A program made the translations under genes and the position numbers. The notes below the pieces were generated by a model. It saw nothing but the letters and a program-made list of their open reading frames with translations, was not told where the DNA came from and searched no databases. Shown in pieces: positions 11,122 through 23,316 of a stretch of 64,000 nt of DNA. The DNA lies in NCBI GenBank assembly GCA_025603075.1, contig MU626357.1, forward strand, positions 1-64,000. The letters are read 5' to 3'. This DNA is from Neoconidiobolus thromboides FSU 785. Its lineage: Eukaryota > Fungi > Entomophthoromycota. Position 1 is the first letter of the stretch; the number at the start of each line of letters is the position of its first letter.

Positions 11122-13560
11122 TTCAAGTTCAGATTTAATGATACAATGATGACTTTGATCTGTATTTATACTTTTTATGAAGCTCTTTGAATAGTGGTTT
11201 GCTATCATAACCCACCTTATCTTTTCATTAGGATAAGAACTTTATTTAGAAAATTAGATATTTAACTAAATTAGATATCCCGGCTTCCTTTGCCCATTTC
11301 GATAATAACTTAATATTAAAGCGAGAGTGGTGATTCTTTTATTTGCTGTCTCTAGGAATGATAATCTCATTCGACGTATAAATAGCAAAAGTCAAGAATA
11401 AGTAAAATAACCACTACTAAATCGAATATTACCAAAAGTATAGGGGATAAGAAACTTGACTGTACAAGTATTAACAAGCTTTTTATGCCCAATTATTCGC
11501 ATGTTTATCCATTCTAGGTCAGATAGCATCTACCCTTGTATAATAAATGTCATTAATATTGTGGTATAAAATATTCCTATTATCCTAATGCTTTGTGGAA
11601 TACTGTAAAGGAATTAATTTGGTCAAATTATAGCTATAGTCATTTGATTGGATAGTTACAATAGGCTAATAAAATCTCGAAGCACTTATTGTGGTAAAAA
11701 TAATTATTTTAATAGTTATGAGCAAAGTAATGATAACTGTGTTATTGTTAGTATGTAAGTTTTAATTTTACTAAATAAGCTAAAAACACAATATACACCA
11801 AGCAGTACAATTAGTAATTAAATACGGACCTCCATTTTAATATACAGGTTTTTTAATTTGGGCGATTTTTGAGACTTATAATTTAGGTTGGGCTAGAATT
11901 ATCTGCAAACTCTCACTTTTTATTATTCCTAATAGCTATCTTTTATGCTATCAAAAATTACCACTATTTGAAATATTTGTATAAAGAACCTGTTATAAAT
12001 AGCAAAATAAATTAGGTAATTGGCTAATCTTACATTAATAAAAATTTAAACCAATAATTTGTATACAATATCACAATAAAAAGTAGTGTCCTTGATTTCA
12101 ATAAATCTGATTTAAAAACCAAAATAACAAAAAGTAAATACCAAATATTGTTGTAAGATTATTGTGGTTTTAAAAACTTGTCTGCCATTTATGTGATAAT
12201 GTTGACCGAAGTATTTTATTTTAACTATTTTATCCTTGGGCTTCTATTTTAAGCTAACCTTATTTCTTTATAAACTTTAAACCCAAAAGACAACTATTGT
12301 ATTAAAAAGCTAGAATAAAATGAACCAATCAGGTAAAGCCTTAATATCTTTTTACTAGTACTAAAGCAGAAAAAAGTATTTACTTCATGCCCAAGTGAGA
12401 GCCTCACATTCTACTATGCTGGTTTTACTTTTAGTGACAATAGCCTTTTCATAAATAACTGTGATTTTCTACAAACAATAGTAGTGATTATTGGTTGCAA
12501 CATTAAGCTTTATTTTAAAAAGAGATATGAATTTTTTATTAAGGTAAAGCTATCTTTTTTGCAAGCTTATACCTTTACCACCTTGGCTTACCGGAAAAGA
12601 CAGTTGTATAAAAACTTAAAAATTTAGCTCCAATAGCTTTGATAAGAAAAGCCTAAAAAACAAAATGGTCTTTTTCAAAAAGTCCTAAGCTCTTTTTAAA
12701 TCAATTCATACATCAAGAATGATTTTTGTTCATATCAACGCTATTTACACAATTTATGAACTTAATTTATCATATAGATTTGAAGTTTTATGAGAATGAT
12801 TTCTTTAAATAAATTTCTACTTTTTAAGTAGCTTAAAGCCTTGGAAATTATTAGTTAAACCCTTAAAAAAATATGTTTATATATTTTTTGCTATCTGGAT
12901 CAACTATTTGATTTTTGTTATATTATCTGCAACTTATATCCAAAAACGATGTAAAAACTAATATAGAACCCAAGTTCTTTTAACTTGTTTACTACAAAAC
13001 CATCAGTAATTTTAATATACATCACTTAGATATTAGAATGCTTTTCTGATGTTATTTATTATGAAACTTAAGCAAATAAAAGTATACTAGTATCTATTTT
13101 ATTTTACATTAAATATCAGTATTAGATTCTTTTATATCGGCATTTTTATTTTTACAAGTAACATATAAACTTAGCATAACAAATAATACTTAACTATATT
13201 ATAATAACCATGCTTTAATTATATATAAAGACGTGTTTTTATATTTGAGCTTTTAACTATTAAAATCATTACATCTTATTTTTTATAAAACCTTGGCTTT
13301 AAGTTTAAGCTTTTTTATTTTTTTATAGAAATTTATCTATTATTTCAGTTTTTTTCTTAATATTTTAACTACAAATACTTATTAACTTTTTTTATTACCG
13401 AAATCCTAGTTTTATTATTTATGATTTATAATATCATTTATTTAAATAATAACAATAAACTAAAAATCAAAAAAGCTTATAATAATTTATTAAAAAAACA
13501 TAGAAAAATATTTAAGTTAGTTTTAAATTTTAAGTTTATAAGTTTATAAGCCTTTGATAT

Positions 13561-13667
13561 GAAGATATTTTTTTATAAGAATTTTACTAACAATCTTTCC
13601 ACTCAAATAGTATTTAAAAAAGGAAAAGGATTGTTAGTAAAATTCTTAAATATAAAAATACATCTGC
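13561..13667. mobile_element. MITE copy C, fold-back derivative with the same end type on both sides
   Basis: 20-bp perfect inverted repeat TAAGAATTTTACTAACAATC (13576-95 / 13629-48). ATAT on both flanks. Confidence 0.8.
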
Positions 13668-13872
13668 ATATGCTTTATATTAATTTTGTTATATTTTTAA
13701 AATAGCTTTATTAAATATTTAATAAACATATAATTAATTCATTTTATTTTTTATTAAAACAAAAATAAAATACAAGCTTTTACAATTAAACTTCAAAATG
13801 AAATTTTATGATAGAATGAAATATTGCTTTACCAGCTTTATAATTGATTATAATATAGAATCATTTAAATTC

Positions 13873-13903
13873 GTGAAATCTGGTACTCAGTGGCTAGAGT
13901 CAA
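13873..13903 (-). repeat. Dispersed 31-bp copy of the subtelomeric unit terminus
   Basis: GTGAAATCTGGTACTCAGTGGCTAGAGTCAA matches the reverse complement of 1009-1039 at 30/31 positions. Confidence 0.85.
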
Positions 13904-13911
13904 AAGCAATT

Positions 13912-14003
13912 GGGAGTGTTTTTTTGACTTATCACTTTCTCCATCTTTTAAGCACTATTTAAGCGGAAAAATTATTAGTAAAATTCTTATAAAATACATC
14001 TCC
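13912..14003 (+). mobile_element. MITE copy D1 (first unit of a tandem dimer)
   Basis: Family core present. Joined to D2 through a single ATAT (14004-07). Confidence 0.85.
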
Positions 14004-14007
14004 ATAT

Positions 14008-14105
14008 GGGGCTGTTTTTTTTAGTTTCATTATTTTTCCATTTTTTAAGCGTTATTTATGTGGAAAAATTGTCAGTAAAATTCTTAAATACAAAAATACA
14101 TCCCC
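14008..14105 (+). mobile_element. MITE copy D2 (second unit of a tandem dimer)
   Basis: GGGG..CATCCCC ends with ATAT on both flanks (14004-07, 14106-09). Confidence 0.9.
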
Positions 14106-14517
14106 ATATACTACTATCTTTATCAATTAAATTTATTTTAATTATATAAGCTAAAATTTTTTAACTTACAGCCAGTTAATTAAGCAAAAGTTACTTTAAT
14201 TCTAATTATTAAGTATTGGCCTTTATAGCTTTGATAAGCATATTTATTGATTAATAAATAACATGTACATTATGTTAATAATTAATAACTATTTTTTTGA
14301 ATATATATTAAAAACTTAAATATAAAATTCTATTAGTAATTTATATAAGTTTTGAAAAAGTACTAATAAAGTTTTAAATTTTTATATTTAGAATTATAAT
14401 TAAAACTAATAAAGTATCAGTTAAGACAAAATAAAAGTTATCATAATCAACAAAAAACAATAAATCCAAACTTTGTCTTATCATTGCTTTATTTTGACTG
14501 TATAAGAAACAAAATAA

Positions 14518-14577
14518 GGGGATGTATTTCTGTGTTTAAGATTACTAGTAAAATTCTTAAACAAAAAATACATCTCC
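14518..14577. mobile_element. MITE copy E, 60-bp fold-back mini-derivative
   Basis: GGGGATGTATTT..GTTTAAGA-TTACTAGTAA-AATTCTTAAAC..ATACATCTCC, centred on the palindrome TTACTAGTAA. ATAA on both flanks (14514-17, 14578-81). Confidence 0.8.
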
Positions 14578-14775
14578 ATAATATAAATTTAAATTATAGA
14601 TACTTTTTTTGTTCAAAAATAAAACTGAAATTTCAATCACAACTAGAGCTGATAAAAGTAATAATCCTCAACAATTCAACTTTTTGCATGAAAATTATAT
14701 TGAACAATTTAGAAAATAGATTAATAATTTAAAATTATAGTAAAAAATTAAGAATCATTTAGTTAAAAGGGTCCT

Positions 14776-16693
14776 TTAATGTTTTATGATAGATACTTTG
14801 ATGGCTTCAGCAGGCTGGGTAGTAATGAAGCTTTTACGATCAATTGGTCTACTACTTTCTCTTTTGAAAGTAAAATTACGAATCAAAGTTGCGCTAACTA
14901 AATACAACTCCATCCAAGCCAATCTAATAATTTTAAAAATAGTCGTTAATTTTGTAAATAACACTTACTGCCTACCAATACAGCCTCTAGGCCCCATTGA
15001 AAACGGCATGAAGTTTGAGTTATTTTTAAATTTCCCATTTTTTAACCATCTTTTAGGATTAAAGGCTTCTGGATCTTTCCACACAATAGATAAATTGTGT
15101 AATGCATTAATATTTGTTCCAACAGTACACTAAAGATAATTATTAGTTAATTTTAAAAACAACATATGCTTTTACTCCTTCTGGAATATAGTACTCATCT
15201 ATTATTTTCCCCCCTTTCGGCACAAGCCTTGTTGGAGTACCACCAATTGCCGGTACTATTCTTAAACCTTCATGTATCACAGCATTAAGATAGTGGCATT
15301 CCAATTTACATATGTTATAAGTAATTGTTTGTTTATTTGGGAATATTTTCAGCATTTCGTCCTTAACATTTTGATATATTTCTGGATGATTAGATAGTAA
15401 ATAAAATAGCCTATTTTTCTTAAATACTTATTTAACTGTTCCTTTATAAAGATTACCATGTAAGTGAATGTGAAGTAGTATCTGTTCCGGCAGCACTTAA
15501 AATATTTATATTAAAAGAGTTGTATACATATATATATAATTACAGTTGGAGGATCGATTCCTCAGCTAACTCTTTCTCGTTTAATTTTTTCCCAGTTTCT
15601 GGATCTGCTGCTTCAATTAAGGCACCCAAAATAGTAGTTTTACCAGGGTTGCTTCTAGTGTTTCTTATAGCATCATAAGAGAACTGAATTTGTTAGCTAA
15701 AAGTCAAGAATGCTATTATTAATTGATACCTCATATAGTTTTTTAACAGTCTTAAATTGATAATACTTCATAAATGGAAACGTAAATACCTGTTATTTTA
15801 TAAATATCATATTTAAATAAAAAATAAGTGATATACTAAAGCTCCTATTTTGCTCAAATCTTTTACCCAATCTACTATTGGGTGATGGCCATCCTTTAAC
15901 ATGTTGAATGACTTCCCAAACGCTAAATCTCCAATTACATCCTATAACATATATTATAATGCCTAGGTAATTTGACAAGTAACTTACAAAAGCAAAGTAA
16001 TGAAAATAAAGTCCAAAGTCTAACTTTTGGTCCTGAGTTACAAATTCATTAATTTTACTCACAAAATTATCTAGGTTTTTTTTGACCAAATATTCTACAC
16101 TTCCTATTACTTTATCTGAGAAACAAGGGGCAATGATTTTTTTCTATATATTTTTAATAGTTCTTTTAGCTATTCAATAAAATTACTCTTTGACGATGAA
16201 AATCTTTATTTCTAGAAACGTTAATAAATATTATTATTATTAAGTTATTTAATACCTTGTACTAAAAGTAGTCTCTCCTACTACTGAAAGGATCTCATAG
16301 ATGTTACTCTTTTGGTAACCATAAGTTGCATATAACTCTTTTGCTGCTGATTCAGAAGAAAACGAAACTTGGTTCCAGCCTAAGTTAGATTAAGTCACTA
16401 TATCTACTATATTTTTAAATACTTACTTAATCTTACGACGTTTCCATATTTATTATGCATATCAAGACAGTATTCAGGATAAGTACCACCTAGCAAATAA
16501 GCATCGTGTATAATAGGGAATATCAAGTTTATTAGCGGACCAGGTACTTTTTTCAATGGACTAACGTATATATTATATAACATCTTTAAAGATTAAATCA
16601 ATCAAAAAAACTAATTCAGCCAACTACCTTATAAACGTAATAAACGAAAAGCAATGTAAATATATACCATAGTATTAGAGTAAAAGTAAACAT
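14776..16693 (-). CDS. Cytochrome P450, multi-exon
   Basis: N-terminal anchor MFTFTLILWYIFTLLFVYYVYK, PLKKVPGP, I-helix AAGTDTT, K-helix EGLR, PKRW, and heme motif FSMGPRGCIG. The exons I traced splice in frame. Confidence 0.93.
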
Positions 16694-17671
16694 TTTTAAA
16701 TCAGTAATTGATCTTCTTTACTCGTTTTATACTTGATTTTAAGTCATATTATGATACTTGCTTAAAATTGCCTTTGTTTGGGGCTAAATTTATTTATGAT
16801 TATTCCTTATGGTTACAGTGATGATTATAGAATTAATACTTAAGGGCTTACATAATCAAAAATATCATAATAAAAATATCATATCAGATTTGAATGTATC
16901 AAATACGTATATCCTAATGTACAATCTATTATCTCATATCAATACTTTATACAATCAAATATATATTGTACTGTTATTTACAATAAACTAAACTTTAAGC
17001 TATTTTGTATTAGTTAGAAGTCTAACCTTTTTAGAAAATGTCCCAATTTACTATAATGTTCATGAACCTTAAAATTCAAACTGCGCACTAAATTTTCAGT
17101 TTTTGCCATATACCTATTAATGTTATGGTTTATTTTCATTTCTTAACAAACACTATCTTACGCACATATTCCTTTTTAGGGATATTGTGGTTTGATTCAT
17201 ATAATATTATATATAGTTTTGACAGAAACTTTTCTGTAAATAGTATCTTAATTATTATATTTTTAGATAAAGATGGCTACTGTAAACCCTTTAAATCTTA
17301 AACTAAATTGGTTATCTTATTTTTATTTTAGTGGATTTTATTTTTATATAATATATTGAATATAACAACTAACAATTTGAACTAACTTTACTTCCTTTTA
17401 TTTGCTTCTTTAAAAGTATAGTTTAGTATAACAAGCTTTTAAAAATAGGATTGATTGAAATAAAGCCAAAAGCTGCAAAATTTTAAACCGAAACGCACTA
17501 CCTTAAAGCCAAATCCAAATAAACTTTCATAATTCTTTATTATGCTTAAAGTTATGCTTAAAAAAACAAAAATACTCTCAAAAATAGCAACTTTACAGAT
17601 GCTATTATTTGAAATTAATAACGTATTTGGTATCTACCGGTTTGTAAGTTGGCTTTAATTAAATATCAAAA

Positions 17672-17871
17672 TAATGATGTTTGGGTTTATATTAGGTCGT
17701 CCTCTATGTTTTAAGTACCTTCGTTTAAGTCTATTATTCATTTTTTACTTGAATCTAAAAATATAAGATTACATATAATTCTTTTAAGTTCAGGTAAAAA
17801 AAATTTGCAACACCTTAAATGAAGGTGCCTAAAACATAGAGAACAACCTAATATAGACCTGAACATCATTA
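17672..17871. mobile_element. 200-bp fold-back element with 58-bp imperfect inverted repeats (second MITE-like type)
   Basis: Arms 17672-17729 and 17814-17871 match at 50/58 positions, and all 8 mismatches are transitions. Begins and ends in TA. Confidence 0.65.
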
Positions 17872-18392
17872 ATTCTTATAATAATGCAATGTGTAGTTAT
17901 TTTAAAAATTATTAAGATTGAAAACATCAAAAATTGATAATATACTATATACTCTGTTAAACTATTTAATATTTCATTATTTGATTAAATTTGTCCTAAA
18001 ACCTTGAAAAAAAGCCTTGTTAAATAATAAATACTAGCTAAAAACTTGGTTTATTGAATATCAAACTACTTTTTAAAACATAATGTAAAAAATAAAGTAT
18101 ACAGCTTCCAATAGCAAAGTTTAATAATAGAATAAAATCATTAATTATTTTATTTTCTATATCGCATTACAGATTCAGAAACCTGTCTGGATTTTTCTTC
18201 TAATAATATATGTAAATTAAATGTCCTATCTAAAGCTAAAAAATTACCATGTTATTAATTATAGCTTTTTAATAAATACACTTTAATTTTTATTTAATCC
18301 ATTCCCCTAGTTAAGTACTATATTTACAGTAGATTGTTGATATACGTATAATTTATTGAGATGTTCTAAATAAATAAATGAAATATAAAAAT

Positions 18393-19225
18393 TCATATGT
18401 TAAGCTTGATTTCTCGCTCTTTTAATATTTTAAGTTTAATATCAAGTTGTTTGAAATATTCCTCAAGTTGATGAACTTCATTCAGTTTGATTCTAATAGC
18501 TTCGTTATGCTTTTTTGTTAAATCCAAATTATTTTTAACTATATAATCGATTTTGTCTGCTTTATCACTATTTTCTATATCATCTTTCAAATGATAAATA
18601 ATCCTATCATCCAACTTCTTTAGAACGTTTAAGTCCTTAATCCTGTTTTGAGTTGTCTTCACCTCATTTTTAATTATGATAATTTGACTTTCCATATTTT
18701 TAATCAAAGCTAGTTTTTTATCTTTATCCATTTCTAATTCTACATTTTTTGATTTTATTTCTGCTTCTCTATGCCTTCTACGCACCCTACAATTATGGGA
18801 TGCTTCTCTATTTTTACGCTTCCTTTCCTCTTCCTTTTTTTTGGCGTCTACCTTCGATTCACTATTCCGTGAAGTAGGTACGTTTGTAAAGGTGTTTTTA
18901 AAATATTCTCTTAATGGGTTACTTTCTATATCCTTTAATAAATTAATACAAAGTCACTTTAAATGTGTCTTATAATAATGACTACCTTGATTGTGTTGCT
19001 AAATATTGATCTAGGGTATGCTTTTTCTTTATTAACTCCAACTAAAGATATATTGTTTTCTTGCGTTACTTCATTATTATTTGCGCTCTCTATCTGAAGT
19101 TCCTTTTGGTTTGACTTTTTTCGACTAAATTCTTTCCTTTTTTCATCCAATTTATCTTTGTTGACTTCTTGATTTGAGTTTAGAAGCGATTTTATTGTAT
19201 ATCTTTGTGGTATTCTATCATTCAT
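18393..19225 (-). CDS. bZIP-type transcription factor, 2 exons
   Basis: After a GT-AG intron the frame reads RKRKNREASHNCRVRR (N-x7-R basic region), followed by heptad I/L/M residues and a long coiled coil. Confidence 0.7.
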
Positions 19226-21132
19226 TTTAATATCTGTAATTTAAAAACAAACTAAAAATTTTATATTGATTGTTTTATATAGAATAGTAAACGCCTCTTT
19301 ATTTAGTAACAATTATAGTGGCGAGTTCAGAGCTTTGGTATTAACTTAAACAACTAAAAAGCCATAAATATGATGTAAAATATTCGACTCAGACTAAAGT
19401 TAAGTTTTCAGTGTTAGACTGATTAATAAAGCGTGAAAATGATTTATAAACAAGAAAATATCAAAATTTGGCTTGGTAGCAGAACTATATTATTGTAAGG
19501 TGTTTCCGGAATGCACCTTATTTATAAAAAAACAAAAGTTACCCATTATCAATAATAACAATCTATTTTGTTACTTTTACTTTACGTATAGAAGTTATTT
19601 AATATATTATTAGGAGATATCTTAATTATAAGTCACTTCCTTTATTTATGCATAGAATATGATGTCATTTTAATTTGATTCTAGGACTTGGAAAGGAAAT
19701 CGTAAAATAAATTTTATCTATCATCTGCTATATAAAAGCTATAGTAAACCACTTGAAAAGCTGTTTAGAACCGCGACAAATACTATAATTACTCTGTTTT
19801 TATCTTATTCTATTATGATGGTTATGTAAAACAAATTTTATTGCAATGAATAGAAAAAATATTCTGAAATTCCTGAACTACAGTTCACAATAACAGCGGT
19901 GTTTAAATACTAATTAATTATTAAAAAAGGGAATAGCACTTATAAAGATATAAAGTAATACGATAGGCTGATACAATCTGTATGTTAAAATTCTTTCACA
20001 AAGACTTAAGCTGAGTTGGCTAAATAAATGGTGCTACTTTATTTTAATATATTCTTGTATAAAGTTTTTTCATATTTTCTATAGAAAAAATATATTAAAT
20101 AATACAGTATGCAAAGCATGAAATTGACTTTATTTCTAAATTAAGATCGTGCCTTACTATATTTACTATCCAAATTGTATTTGTTGCAATATTCGATGAC
20201 ATTTTACTAAAATAAAACATATGTCCGATAGGATAAATATATAGGCACTTCCATAGCGTGCAGGTTTTATAAGGCTTTTTTTTGTTTTTTTCAACTATAA
20301 ATGCGCTTTGAGACTAAAATGGATATTTTTTCCAATTATAACCCACATATCATAAAACGGATGTTATTTATTTGAGTAATTTACATTATTTTCATTGTTC
20401 TCTCTGACTTTGATTGAATGATATAAGATGCTTTATTCAAGGGTTAAAAATTAATAGTTAAAATAGTATTTATATTGCTTTTAAAAATTAATTATAAATA
20501 AACTTATTGTCTTAAATTAATAATTATTGACTAAAAGCAAAAGATTTATACAGCAATTAGTAGAAAGTTTCAAAGCCTTAGAAAGCATACAAAAAATTCC
20601 CATGCTAAAAATGTTAAATTCTAACCCATAGACTATAAGATTTGGTCAAAATTTTAAAATGTATTGATTTAACTCAAATGAATTAACGATCTTAATTTAA
20701 ACTTTTAGTCTATACAAAAAATTAATATAGTAAATTATTAACCTTTATTTATTAATATTGCATCTTAGTTTAAGATTTAAATTAAAACCCTCTATATAAT
20801 ACTAAGCGCTTTTAGGACACAAACTATATTAATAAAAAATAATCAAAAAAATGGGCAATATAAATTTGTGGATAAATTACTTTTTGAAATGAAGGCAAAA
20901 ATATTTTCTTAAAATTAATTAGTTTTTAAATTTTGCAATCCAAATCGAATTTATTTTTAATACTTTATATAATGTGAAACTATTTAAAATTTTTTTTATC
21001 TTAAATAACCACTTTAGTCAAATTAAGTTGAAAAAGGCGGATTAACCGATAAAAACGAAAAACATAGAATATTATAAATACTGATAGAATATTCAAGGTG
21101 CATTTTATTACCTATTATTTTTCTTGAAATAT

Positions 21133-21229
21133 TGGGATGTTTTTTGGTTTCATTATTTTTTCCATTTTTAAGCACTATTTCAGTGGAAATTTTTTTTAGT
21201 AAAATTCTTAAACACAAGAATACATCCTC
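21133..21229 (+). mobile_element. MITE copy F (about 150 bp upstream of the SCO1 ATG)
   Basis: Family core present, ATAT on both flanks. Confidence 0.85.
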
Positions 21230-21375
21230 ATATATTTTTTTGTCACTTAGCCTGTAAAACTAAGTTAACTATTAGCCAATCAAAAGCCCTATTTATTAAG
21301 CATTCGATGTTTTTATTTTTAAAATTAAATATTGTTTTCAGTTATCAATAGTATTATCTTACAATTTTAGAGGTT

Positions 21376-22274
21376 ATGAATTTAATAAGAAAAGGCTTCA
21401 GTGCGATAAAAAACATAAAACCAACACGTTCATTTAAAGTGAATTATGCAACTCTTCCAAATGATCAAGGACAAAAGGTTAAAAATTCAATTGGAGTAAG
21501 AATTCATTAAATTTAAAGTTGAAAATATAATTTGAAAAGCCAGTTAGTTTAACGTCTTTAGGTCTGTTTTTGGCTACTGGTGCTGGGTTGTATTATTACT
21601 TAGGTCAAGAAAAGCAAAAAGTTGAAATTGAAAGAGGCCAAAGAATAAAGAGGGAAAATGAAAAAAGTTTTGGCAAACCTAAACTTGGTGGAAACTTTGA
21701 ATTAACGGATCATTTTGGGAATAAATTTAATCAAGATAACCTTTTGAATAAATATTCAATTATTTACTTTGGATTCACCCACTGTCCTGACATTTGCCCA
21801 GATGAGTTGGATAAAATGTCCGAAATCGTTGAAGCAGTTGGTATTATTATTTAATATTTATTTTATTTATTTATTATTTTTGTTTACTAGAGAATGATTC
21901 TTCATTAAAAAACAAGCTTACTCCAATATTTATTACCTGTGATCCATTGAGAGATAGTCCAGAAGTTATCAAAGAATATTTAAACGGTAAATCATTGTAT
22001 TTTATATTCAAACTCAATTTACATATTAGATTTCCATCCTAAATTTATTGGGCTTACTGGAACAATTGATGATATTGCCAAGACGTGTAAGGCATATCGA
22101 GTATATTATTCTAAGCCTCCAAAAGTAAACCCTGGTGAGGATTACTTAGTAGATCATTCAATCTTTTTTTATTTGATGGATCCAAATGGACAATTCGTAG
22201 ATTGTTATGGTAAAGATAAAACTGCTGAACAAGCTTTCTATTCTATTAAAGGATATTTGAGTGAAAATCTATAA
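21376..22274 (+). CDS. SCO1: Mitochondrial copper chaperone SCO1/SenC, spliced
   Basis: FGFTHCPDICPDEL (CxxxC) and DYLVDHSIFFYLMDP, with a presequence and a single TM segment. Confidence 0.95.
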
Positions 22275-22376
22275 TATAGATCATTAAAATTAAATATATA
22301 TGAACATGCTTTTAAAGTTATAAGTTGATCAATTTTTAAGCCTAAAGAATAGTATTATAGCTGAAAGGAAAGAAAT

Positions 22377-22469
22377 AGGGTGTTCTTTGATTTCATTATT
22401 TTTTCCATCTTTTAAGCACTATCTGGGTGGGAAAACTGTTAGTAAAATTCTTAAACACAATACATCCTC
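22377..22469 (+). mobile_element. MITE copy G
   Basis: Family core present, AAAT on both flanks (22373-76, 22470-73). Confidence 0.8.
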
Positions 22470-23316
22470 AAATATTTTATAATTTTTAAATCATAATAGT
22501 TTAAAATTTCACTTGTAAACATTATGTTTTCTAACCTTGATTTATTTGTCTTATAAAACATATTCTAAAACAATTATATACTTTACTACTTTAGATTATC
22601 ATAGTTTTTTAAAGTTGATTGTTATATTAATAGCTCATAATAAATCCAAATTCAAGCTACACCTATTAAGTTATGTTTAATATTTCGGCATTTTTAACTT
22701 TAAAAGTTAAATAGTGGCAGGGTAGGATATTATATCATTTTGTTTGAGCAAAGTAAGTATAATTCATATTTAATTTATCCTTAAGATAATAACAAATAAC
22801 ATTGAGCTTTATTGTGATTGAGTCTGTCATATTGAATCCTTTTCATGCCCCTTAAAGCTTGAAATTTATTAAATATGTTAAATCATGTTAACTCAAAATG
22901 TTGAATTATCAATGAAAAGGAAGAAAATTGACAAGTATTAGATTTGTTAAATTAATCATTTAACTAAATATTATTTATAATCTAATTTAGTTAAAACTAA
23001 AAATCACTATAAAATAATCTATAAGAAATCAATTGAAGGAGTAAAAGGGATAAATGAATGTAAATTAAATAAATAAAAGTTTATTATTATAAACATAGTT
23101 AGCTCCTAAAATTAATGATTGGGTGCTTTGAATATAACCAAAAAATGTTAAGAAAATTAAACCAATATTTAAAAACCCGGTTTAAACTACCCCCTCACCC
23201 CATAATTACTAACCTTATTTAGCAGCTTTAAATTTAAAAGGAGACAGTAAAGCAATAATATTAAAATGATATTGATCATAAAAATACATTCGTTTTTTTC
23301 AATTCTATTTATCACC

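Noticed and set aside
12300-12660. Minus-strand fragments faintly like Ty3/gypsy RNase H (SIVECEALTWA) and RT end (FLGF)
   Set aside because: Too short, interrupted by stops and in different frames, so indistinguishable from chance by eye.
1367-21217. ORFs 1367-1588, 14484-14732 and 21023-21217
   Set aside because: They run across MITE copies and AT-rich DNA with no protein motifs, so they are likely chance ORFs.
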